This document shows, one piece after another, positions 54,801 to 64,000 of a stretch of 64,000 nucleotides of DNA; within the stretch, counting starts at the first letter, position 1; each line of letters starts with the position of its first letter. Origin of the DNA: Kudoa neothunni. Lineage: Eukaryota > Animalia > Cnidaria. The DNA lies in contig OZ199840.1 of NCBI GenBank assembly GCA_964304625.1, positions 4,316,490-4,380,489 on the forward strand, written 5' to 3'. Under the pieces are notes generated by a model, which was given only the letters and a program-made list of their open reading frames with translations, ran no database searches and was not told where the DNA came from. A program made the translations under genes and the position numbers.

Positions 54801-54867
54801 TCCTTTAAATGCGAAATTAATTATTGATAAATTAGATGGATTATTTATTAGTAACGAAACAGTGTAA
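51854..54867 (+). CDS. Myotubularin-related phosphoinositide phosphatase (MTMR3/4-like), frameshifted by a 26-bp duplication at the active site
   Basis: GRAM-like LILLTNYRL..VPIKLIE, then LCDTYP..YRSKGR, LRSSQP, IIDARP..GGGTE, VVVHCSDGWDRTSQ, KLLLDPFYRTIK|GF..REWLEFGHKFHDRC, FPRHFEFNE and FGTFL. The 5' end is uncertain. Confidence 0.88.
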
Positions 54868-55095
54868 AATTTAGCTTCCACTTATTGTTTAATCTCTTCG
54901 TCAACGATAATAGCCGACTCCAATTTTTTAATAAAATTTCTTATTTGTTTATGTATATTCTTAGAAACAATTTTCCATAGCGTTAAAAATTATAAAAAAC
55001 ATTTTTATTTGTATATTTATATAAACGATACTTTGTATAATGAGGTTTTGTTGTTGTGACGTCAATAAAATCAATTTTAATTCTGCTTCGGCAGT

Positions 55096-55785
55096 TCATA
55101 TGTTCGACTTCGGATTCCGACGGCTAGTGACTGCACTCTTAGGAATCCTTCCTATAGTGTACGTCTTTCGAGGCTATTAATAAATAGCGAAACGAACAAA
55201 CTGTGATGATGATAGATTGGGTCGGTGGTTCAGAGTGAGGTTGAGCTCTTTGTACTTGTTGCGTTGAGTTTCGATGACCGTTTCCACACTTTGTTGGAAG
55301 GCCGCCGACTCATTCTGAACAGCTTCTACTACTCTACCTTACATTTGTCATGCATATTCACGTTGCGATAAGTTAGTTGTTGGTGTGTCGCTGTTTCATA
55401 TTTTGCTTGAGTTTTTGATAAAGCGTTGTTTTGAGATGTTACCCAATTTTTCATTGTTCGGTCTTTAAAGAAAGTGGCAAATAACCCCTAAGCTAGATTA
55501 GATGTTTTTTAACTTTTGCTTGTTCGTTTGTTTGGTCAGTAAATGTTTGTGTTAAGCCTAATTATTTTTTTGCTTGGTCGTCAGATCCAATAATAAGTTC
55601 ATTGAAGATCTTCTCCATGCTAAATTTCTAAATTGTTTTTTTATGAGATACAAACTTTAGTTTATCGAGTCAGTCAGTAAAAGGTGAGTAGTAGTCTATG
55701 TTTTATGGCAATTGAGGCGGAAGTCTAGTTCAGGGCTTCCCCTTTGGGGGAGTGCAGAAAACGAGTCGATAGGGGCTACAATCAT
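55096..55785 (-). pseudogene. Possible small multi-exon gene or pseudogene of unknown product
   Basis: Relatively GC-richer, exon-like blocks (GLFATFFKDRTMKNW.., EAVQNESAAFQQSVETVIETQRNKY..) separated by GT-AG segments. I could not join them into an intact frame. Confidence 0.3.
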
Positions 55786-56322
55786 TTTTTAAATTACTCT
55801 GATTTAAACTTTAAACAATGTTATACTTTGGAACAAGTAAAAGAATAGACCGTGTGTGATTTTTCTTGATTTTTACTTGGAGTGATTATTTTTTAATAAA
55901 TAAATGCATCAGAAAACCTTTAGTTGACAATAATTATTAATTAATTTTAATAAAGTATTGATTCGGACCTAGCTAGAAAATCTTGAACTCTCAAATTTTT
56001 GTCAGAAGTCCTTGAAAATTTATTTTTTAATAAGTGTGACGAATAAATTAATAATGAAGTTAAAGAAATTTGTAACGTGGTTAGTTTGTATAAAATAGTT
56101 AATATAAACGTGTATGGGTATTCTTAAATCCAGCAAATGACCGTTGTTTATTGATGTCAAGAAACAAGCCTTATTTGCGCGATATAATTTCAACAAAAAA
56201 CACAAGAAATCAATTTTCTCGTTTGATAGAATTATATTTTGTATTTTTTTCGCAGGATTCAAAAGTCTTTCTAAAAGGATCACTTTCCATTTTATAAGTT
56301 TTTAATTATTAAAATATATATA

Positions 56323-57212
56323 CAGTCGAACCCCGATTTTCTAAAATTTATTTGAAATTGATGTATATTATAAATAAAAAAATTTCGATAAACCGGAAGT
56401 TCAGCCACCGCCATCCGAAACAACTTTCTGCTTGAATTTTCGGATAAAGGTACATTGAAATGTGGATTCATTTTTACTATGCACCAGATCAATATTTATT
56501 TAATTTAAGTTTATATTTGATTAATAGGAACAAAATGGCATTTTAATATAATAGGTTGAGCCCCAAATGTAGCCATGTTGATTGTGAACAACTAAATGTT
56601 GGGAAAAGACAAATTTATCTATTAAGCTTGCTTGATTAAACAATCATCACACTTTTGCATTTTTGTACAACAACCGTACTTTTAAATTCGTATTGCGAAG
56701 TAATTTACACCAAGTAATAACAAATTACAAGAATAAATCCTATTTGAAAAAAGAGGAAATAATACAATTCGTTATGGATAACCCAGAGAAACTACTCCTC
56801 AGTGGTATTTAAATTATTCCTACCACCCATACTCGTATAACTTACACTATCCAAACAGAGAAGACTTTATTAATAATAACACATTTTCTTGAATCTAGAA
56901 TGTATCATTCTATTAAGGCGCAATAGCATTCTGGTCGCACACGTCACTAGTATTCCCACACCGACTGCTTTGGACCTAGAACTACGTCTTAAAATGAGTT
57001 ACTCAACTTTTTATCGACATTTAAACTTATATTTAATAGATTCCCTTTTTTTAAAATATAAAACCAACGTAGAATTGAGAAAAAAAATATATGTAACCAA
57101 ACCAACCTCTGGTTCGCGCATGCGCGATGTACGAACTTTGTTTAATCTGAATTTCAGTATCCGAAAGGAAAATGCTAGATCCCACCATTTTCGGATAGAC
57201 GGGATTTGACTG
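56323..57212. mobile_element. pogo/Tc1-type MITE (~890 bp)
   Basis: TA|cagtcgaaccccgatt ... gacgggatttgactg|TA. The right end is homologous to 232-294. Confidence 0.75.
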
Positions 57213-58277
57213 TAATGGCGTCGTTTTATAAGTAGATCAGCTTTTTGAATAGAAGAAAAAAGAAAACTCTTGATTAAGAGATTTTTGCGGTTATATTTAA
57301 TTTAATACCAATGTAAACATGTCTTGACTTTATCTTGGAGCCATAATAATTTCAAAGTATTCATTATTATAAGTAATTATAACTACTGAAAATCATCTTT
57401 CTTATTATTGGTATATTCTTAATTATTCTGATAACACTATAAATATTTTGGTTATGGAATCTCCAAGTAATTTTTGATATGTTAATTCAACGCTGATCAT
57501 TCAACATTTAATATTTAAATTAGATCCATAGCAACACAAGCTTCGTTGACTCTTTTGGTGACCATAATATTCTACTTACTATACTTATTTGCGTTTCTTC
57601 GAAAGAAGCTATAATTAATTATTTCCATTATTATAAATTTAATCACTAAATATGACCCAGTTTACTCAAATAAAGACTACATAAAATTATTCTAAGACAA
57701 TATTAACTGTAGCTTCAATAAATAAATGCATGGATCACAAAAAATAGAAAAATTTTAATATCAAACTATATAAATATTTCTTGTTTATAAATGTTTATAA
57801 AATGATTAATACACATTATTTACTGCTTCGTATTTGTATTAGATTCCTTTTATTCCAAAATTAAATACGAGCATCCCTTAGTGCGCTTACAACGGCTCCA
57901 GAGTCACTTGTCGGTAGCAATGTGTCCTCACAATCAAATAAATTTTAGATATAGAATTTCCACACTAACTAGTTTTTATAATAGAATTTATTGTAAAGTT
58001 TAAGAAATTAGGTGTCAAATAAAAATATTAAATAGGATGATCCATAATTAAAGATTTTTTAACCCATATTATTTATTTAGAGAATGTCGCATTTGCATTA
58101 TTTAATTTTTACAATGTATCGACTCAAACACAAAGTGAAATGTAATTATTTTACATGTTCCTCAATACTGCAAAAAAATTGACAAATGCAATTAAACGAA
58201 ATATTCAATTCATCGTTAAAGTGGGAAAATAATGTATATTTTTTACAGTGCACTAAAACTAGAGTTTATACTGTAAT

Positions 58278-59633
58278 CTAATTGAGTTGATCATTGATAA
58301 ATTTAACGATCAGTTCGGCAGCTTGGGAGGTGTACTCATCCAAAACAAGTTTTGATCCATTGTCGAAACCTTCGTATATACGTTTTCCTGGGAAAATAAA
58401 ATCAAGTATGTCACCTTTGCTGTTTCTATCTGGATTAACAAGACCCTCAATGAGGAGCACTTTCGGTTCAATGAGTATCATAGGGATAGATTCAAGCCTT
58501 CGAAATACCTCTTCACTGTAGTACTCAATGTCAGGTCGTCTCCAATATCTCAAAGTGAGTTGAGAAAGATTTGGGTTTGATTTAATAAGTTTAAGAAAGT
58601 GTTTGTATTTACGTAGAGATTCAATATTTACCGTGGTAGCACAGAATTGTCGGATACAATTGGATTCAAAATAGTCCACACCTCGGTTGTTAAGGCAGGA
58701 ATTGATGGGATTGAAGATCAAGGGGTAATTAAAAATTTTCGCTTTATCGGTTGAGCGTAGTTTTACGTTGACACACACCAAATGAGTATATAGTGATGGA
58801 GCCAGCAATGCACTTCGTATGAGTAGATCAGCGCCGGCACCCACCCCTATAGCAATACAGGATTCAGTTTTTAAGTTTTCTGTTATTAGGATTGTAATAA
58901 GTTTTGACAACTCAGAAAATCCTGGGTAGCGACGAATCATCGCACATCTCTCCATGCTACTATGTCCAGGCAAACATATATGCCAAATATTAAAGTTTTC
59001 ATTTGTTATAATATCAGAAAGTATTGGGGCTGAGAAGAGTGTTTCAAAATTTGACTTGGAGTTGTGAACAATATCATGGATTGTAATGATGGTTTTGAGG
59101 TCGCCACATCCATTTTCGGAGCTGTATTTGTAGATATCAAAATCTATACCGCACACGGAAATGATTTGTTTGTTTTGGTCGCTGAATACATTCTCACTTA
59201 TTTGTTTATAATGTTGAATATCGTTATTTTTGGTTGCAGGTATCAATCCTTGAAGGCATACTCGTAATCTTTGTTTTACCACCATTTTTCGTTGTTCTTT
59301 TGGGGTGAAATGTGGTGTGGAATTTTCGTTTGATGAATAAGTTTGGTTACTGCCATTCACTCTATGTGGGTTAAACATCCTCTTAATGCTATTTCTCATT
59401 TTTTTGAACCTATTGTTTCCAACGTTAGATGTGGGTTTCATGTTGATTCCATTCGAGTTCAAAGTTATTTGGTCGATGACGTCTTCATCTGGGCGTCTTA
59501 AATTATCTTGGTTGATATCATCTTCAAATTTTAATGTAAAAGAATTTCTTGAGAGTATGGTGGAGGATTCATCCAGGGGATATTTTTTGGAAGTATTTTG
59601 GGGCGTTGGGCTACATATTCTATCGGTGAACAC
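58278..59633 (-). CDS. NDRG-family (alpha/beta-hydrolase fold) protein with N-terminal extension; additional 5' exons likely up to ~60.0 kb
   Basis: IITIHDIVHNSKSNFETLF, WHICLPGH, YPGFSEL and IAIGVGAGADLLIRSALLAP..LVCVNV correspond to NDRG motifs (TYHDIG.NH, HVDAPGQ, YPSMDQL, IGMGTGAGAYILTRFAL). Confidence 0.85.
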   Translation of the reverse strand: MFTDRICSPTPQNTSKKYPLDESSTILSRNSFTLKFEDDINQDNLRRPDEDVIDQITLNSNGINMKPTSNVGNNRFKKMRNSIKRMFNPHRVNGSNQTYSSNENSTPHFTPKEQRKMVVKQRLRVCLQGLIPATKNNDIQHYKQISENVFSDQNKQIISVCGIDFDIYKYSSENGCGDLKTIITIHDIVHNSKSNFETLFSAPILSDIITNENFNIWHICLPGHSSMERCAMIRRYPGFSELSKLITILITENLKTESCIAIGVGAGADLLIRSALLAPSLYTHLVCVNVKLRSTDKAKIFNYPLIFNPINSCLNNRGVDYFESNCIRQFCATTVNIESLRKYKHFLKLIKSNPNLSQLTLRYWRRPDIEYYSEEVFRRLESIPMILIEPKVLLIEGLVNPDRNSKGDILDFIFPGKRIYEGFDNGSKLVLDEYTSQAAELIVKFINDQLN

Positions 59634-62600
59634 ACTCTCATTTATACTTTTTTGGGTTGACCTTATTCACAGTTATACCCCAAAATAATCCACACTCAAA
59701 CATACAAATTTTCAAACCAATTCACCAAATCATCAAATGCATAACTCCTATTGCCAGAATATTTTAATTTTGTAGGTCTCTCAACTTGCTCTTGTGTCAT
59801 TCTAAGTGCTTCGCTTTTGATGCTAGTTCTTTGAAAACTACAATTTTTTTCTGCACTTATTTCAGCATCTTTACAAATAAATCAACACATTCAACCAATG
59901 TAGAATCTATAAAGAAAATTACTTTCCATCGCCTATAGTTTATGTTTGGTTGAGTTAGACGACGCTTTCGAATGGTTTACCGTTACCAAGCATTGGTCGG
60001 GAAATCATGGAAATAAATTCAATAATTATTTTAAGCTTTATTTAATATTCTAATGAACAGTCCATATCAACAATCACCGCCGGATAATATTCTCAGTAAA
60101 CACTCTATGTGTTACAGATCAAAATGAATTGATATTTTCTCTCTTTTATATATTGCACGCTCCCATATTACTCGATCATCTAATATTGATCCATTTAAGT
60201 TTAGCGTTCTTAATCGAAATACGAGAATAATAATTAAATTAATTTAAAAAATAACTATTTAATATAATGTTTATAAACCCTTTAATATGTGTGATTAAAA
60301 AAATTATTCTAATTCTTGTCCCCTCATTAGTCAATATAAAAATAATTTTAGTGTAATTCATGCTGAATATGAAATTATTTTGGCAAGAATAATACATAGT
60401 TTCATAATCAAAAAAAATTTAAGGAAAGTCGACAATAATAGTATCGCTTATTCTCCTTCATCTACTTGATAATCCTCAAACTATTTTGGTGCAATTAACT
60501 TCTAAAAAGTTAAAAACAACGTACTACGAAGATTCTTTGTTCCAGTAAATTCTTTATTAGTAAAGGAAATTTTATGACGAAAAAAAGGTGTAATTTAACA
60601 TTCCATTTATAATAATACGTAAGGAATATAAATGACCGCCTATTTTTCATCGATGAATTCGATCAAATCGTCATTACAATTACAACTACAAATATATGAA
60701 TTTTAATTTGAAAAAAAAAATAAAGATGCTAGATGCTTCTGTATTTAAAGCAAACCATGTTATTCTTATTTATGTGTCACTATTTAAATTCGAATTGGAG
60801 TCATTCGAACAATGATGAATATTGATAAAGAGTGAATTTGTTTAAAAATTATGCCGTTGGCTACATTTATACTGATTAATAAAAATCTCTATTTTGGGAA
60901 TTATAAGATCATAGGATCGCTCATGGAAAGTGATAAGCCCTTTTTTATTTAAAGGTATGTTTGTAGTGCCCAAAAATAATTTATCCATTTGTTAAATCTC
61001 TCACGGTGACCTTGCTGTCTATGAGCGATTAATTGTTTTTCACGTTAATGCTCATTCAAACGATATTTACCATCCAACTCAACAATTTATTGTTCAAACT
61101 TTTTCAATTTAAAAAATCTTACAATTCTTCCCCATAATATGTCTATTTATCTCAGAAAAACAAAACAATTGAATGGAAATACTGTCGGCAATAATAACTT
61201 AATCTCCGTTACGTTGGTGGACTAACTCCTAAAATTAAATTTAACATTGTTAGGTACTTTTCAGTATAATAATTGAGAAATTCTCTCTATATTACAACCT
61301 AACAAATACAGAGTGGTTTTCATACTCTTTTTGTAATTAACCTCAAAAATAAATTATGATTATAGATATCGAAAAAGAATAAAGCAGTCATTTTGTTAAC
61401 TATTTCTCTTATGAACACAAGTTTTTTAGCGGATAAAAAAAAACCTGAAATCGTAGTCGATTATAATAAACCAAAGGTAACGTAGACACGGTTGATCGTA
61501 TATTATCGATGACTAGTGTAAACAGATGTTAAAGGTTGTCGGTTGTAATAAAAAAAATACAACCGACATCAGTCTGTTGAACTCATACTACCTATATATA
61601 GTAATTGTTTCAATTTGATTATCTCAAGAAGCTAATATGTGAAACAGTTGGCAGATTTGTTAGTTAAACTAATTTTTGGTTGGTACTAATGAAGATATTA
61701 CATCGAATAAAATTATTATTTACACATCAAAAAATCTACATAATATTTGTAATGGAAGATCTGACATAAAAAGTAAAACACGGTTTTTTAGATGGATGAA
61801 ATATTGTTTTAATAACCTTTTGAAGTTAATGTGTTGTGACAGTTTATATGAACAAAACCATAGGCAATATTTTTTATTAAAAGAAATGTTTTTATGACGA
61901 TTCTTTTATCAATAAATTATAAAATTTAAGGTAACTAAATTCATCATGAATTTATCCAGGCTATCAGTTTACGGTAGCATACTTAGGTAACAATGTATCG
62001 TTTATTCAAAAATGACACACTGGATAATTCTCAGGTTTTCAATTATTTTGAATATAGAAAAAAAATTTAATTAAATTAAATAATTTTGCAGAAATAGAAT
62101 AATGTTATTTTTTACAATGAAAATGATTATACGGGATAAATGTACAAATCGTATACTTCTTCTATAAGTACCATTCTTTATTTTATTATTTGACTTAGTT
62201 ACACTCTAGAAACATTTATTTACAAAAGAATAGCTCCGTTTGTGTAAGTTACTGTTCGGTGATTACAGGCGGGCATAATTTCATGAGTTCTCTCTTACTT
62301 GGAACTCGGATGCATAAAACTTTGTTCAAATAAGAAAATTCGTCTGTTTAATTATCCAAAATAAAATAAATAATAAAAAAGTGGGTCACCCGATTCTCAA
62401 AACTGTTAATACGTCATGTACAAATAAATCTGACATCCTCGGGAGGTTGGACGCTAAGTCTGATTTTCATTTCATTCTTTAATGACACTAAAAGCCTAAA
62501 GAAAATAAAAATTTTCTTAAGACATTAAAGGATTGAGGACAAAAAATATGATTTATATTTAACTCGACTATATGTTCAAAGGATTCTCCACATTAAAAAA

Positions 62601-62917
62601 ATAAATTTAATATTTTGTTAATTTGATAACATATAACAGATGATCGCGCTCGAGTATAAACTAAGCATGAAACAATGATACGCAACTAGCGAAAATAAAG
62701 TAAAGAGTTCCCGCTATTCATCAATAGTGGAACGAATTAAAAATAAGGCAGAATTGAGGAATCATACGAGAAATATCAAATAAATTTATAATACATAATA
62801 AAGCTGTTCAATAGGTATACATAGAAAGAATGGTGAGTATACATGTGTACCTTTACAATCAAGAAAAATCGGATATCGTAAATTTTGGGTTAGAATGTGT
62901 TCCACAACAAACACCAA

Positions 62918-64000
62918 TTAACTAAAGGTATGAATTAGAATGAGAAAACAAACAAAAAGGCCGTACGGTGCTGATTTTTTAGGTAACCCACTGGAAGTTG
63001 ACGAATAGCTGCTATGAGTAGTGGAGACAGTAGGGTTATGAGAAGAGATAGAGGTTAATGGTTGAACGTTTTTGAGTCCGATCTTTTTGTTGATAATACC
63101 ACCAGTGAGAGGCGATATGGAACCATCCCCTTCAAATCTAGATTTATCGGATATAGTATGGTAGGCGTTTGGAGTTTTGTTGATCACTGATCCACCAATC
63201 GAACTTCCAGCATTATTTGGATGAGTTAAATGGAGGACGGATTGATTGAAGTTTAATTTGAACCAAATGATCAGATCCTTGAACGAAGGATGAATAACAT
63301 CTCTAAACTTAACTCCCTCAGGTCCTATGGACAAATATTCAAAAACGGGTGTGTTTCTCGGCAGAAATCCCAATAACAATTTTCCGGGGTAGATTTTTGA
63401 AGGCGAAAACACATACGGAATACGCAGTGGATTGGTTTTTTTCTCTTCAGACAAAATGGAAGCCATCTTATGACGACTGCCACCTTCAGCGTAGTTGAAC
63501 ATCTTGAGGGTGGAAGCTTCTTTCATCAGAGTAGACATAGGTTCGATATGGCGTGCAATGATTTCATCCAAATCATCATAGCATTCGCCTTTGATCCAGA
63601 GTTTCTTGCCGAGACTGAAAAAGTTTGGTTTGTCTTTTTCGATAACATCAATGTGGCTGTATATGCTATCGTAAACTTTCCAAGTGACAGTAAGATGGTC
63701 GGCCCCTTTGCTAGAAGGACGAATAATACACTCACCGACGGGAGCAGATTCCAAAAGTTTCTCGGCTTCAGTGAAGGTGACATTTTTGAACGAAGGATGT
63801 ATGATGACCTTTTTATGGTAGATAACTTGTTTCTTGAGTTGTTCTTTTTTCTCTTTTTTCAATCGACGTTGTTCTTCCTCCGCTGTCAAGTCATAGTAAG
63901 CATCACGTTTAAATTTGTAACAGTTGTTGGGTTTATCACAGAGATCTGACGATCTGCAAGTGAGATCAACAGAAAGTCGATCAAATTTGATATTCAATAC
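62918..64000 (-). CDS. SUPT6H: Transcription elongation factor SPT6, 3' part (tandem SH2 domain)
   Basis: KVIIHPSFKNV..GECIIRPSSKGADHLTVTWKV..HIDVIEKDKPNFFSLGKKLWIKGECYDDLDEIIARHIEPM is the hallmark SPT6 tSH2 sequence. The gene continues beyond the window, and the last ORF residues are probably intronic. Confidence 0.96.
   Translation of the reverse strand, partial: VLNIKFDRLSVDLTCRSSDLCDKPNNCYKFKRDAYYDLTAEEEQRRLKKEKKEQLKKQVIYHKKVIIHPSFKNVTFTEAEKLLESAPVGECIIRPSSKGADHLTVTWKVYDSIYSHIDVIEKDKPNFFSLGKKLWIKGECYDDLDEIIARHIEPMSTLMKEASTLKMFNYAEGGSRHKMASILSEEKKTNPLRIPYVFSPSKIYPGKLLLGFLPRNTPVFEYLSIGPEGVKFRDVIHPSFKDLIIWFKLNFNQSVLHLTHPNNAGSSIGGSVINKTPNAYHTISDKSRFEGDGSISPLTGGIINKKIGLKNVQPLTSISSHNPTVSTTHSSYSSTSSGLPKKSAPYGLFVCFLILIHTFS

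Noticed and set aside
63470-63949. 159-aa plus-strand ORF
   Set aside because: It is an antisense shadow of SPT6.
1-64000. CRISPR arrays, rRNA/tRNA genes, operons, alternative genetic code
   Set aside because: I saw no spaced direct-repeat arrays or RNA genes. The genes are intron-containing and eukaryotic. Long exons (SPT6, NDRG) translate cleanly with the standard code, and most ORF breaks are explained by introns or indels.

Overview
This is a very AT-rich eukaryotic (metazoan) genomic window. It has many tiny GT-AG introns (about 25-60 nt), strongly diverged animal genes and numerous decayed DNA transposons. This pattern suggests a reduced parasitic animal such as a myxozoan, orthonectid or dicyemid (inference only). 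Recognisable genes are CWF19L2 (-), a probable divergent MED15 (+), the gamma-secretase subunit APH-1 (-), an MTMR3/4-type myotubularin (+), an NDRG-family protein (-) and the 3' part of SPT6 (-). Two loci I cannot assign to known genes stand out. (1) A convergent pair of highly diverged paralogues (24.5-29.6 kb + and 33.1-36.1 kb -) share intron positions, are built from several RRM-like units, and start with what look like mitochondrial targeting peptides. (2) A ~7 kb gene (38.1-45.2 kb +) encodes a type I membrane protein with a 3 x 5 higher-order array of Cys-rich, partly fibronectin-III-like domains, roughly one domain per exon. The myotubularin carries an exact 26-bp duplication at its catalytic motif. 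Several single-base frameshifts in homopolymer runs suggest assembly errors. Mobile elements include pogo/Tigger-type elements and MITEs, piggyBac (one copy nested in a pogo MITE), hAT-type MITEs and a possible tRNA-derived SINE. All family calls and exon models were made by eye and need database and RNA-seq confirmation.
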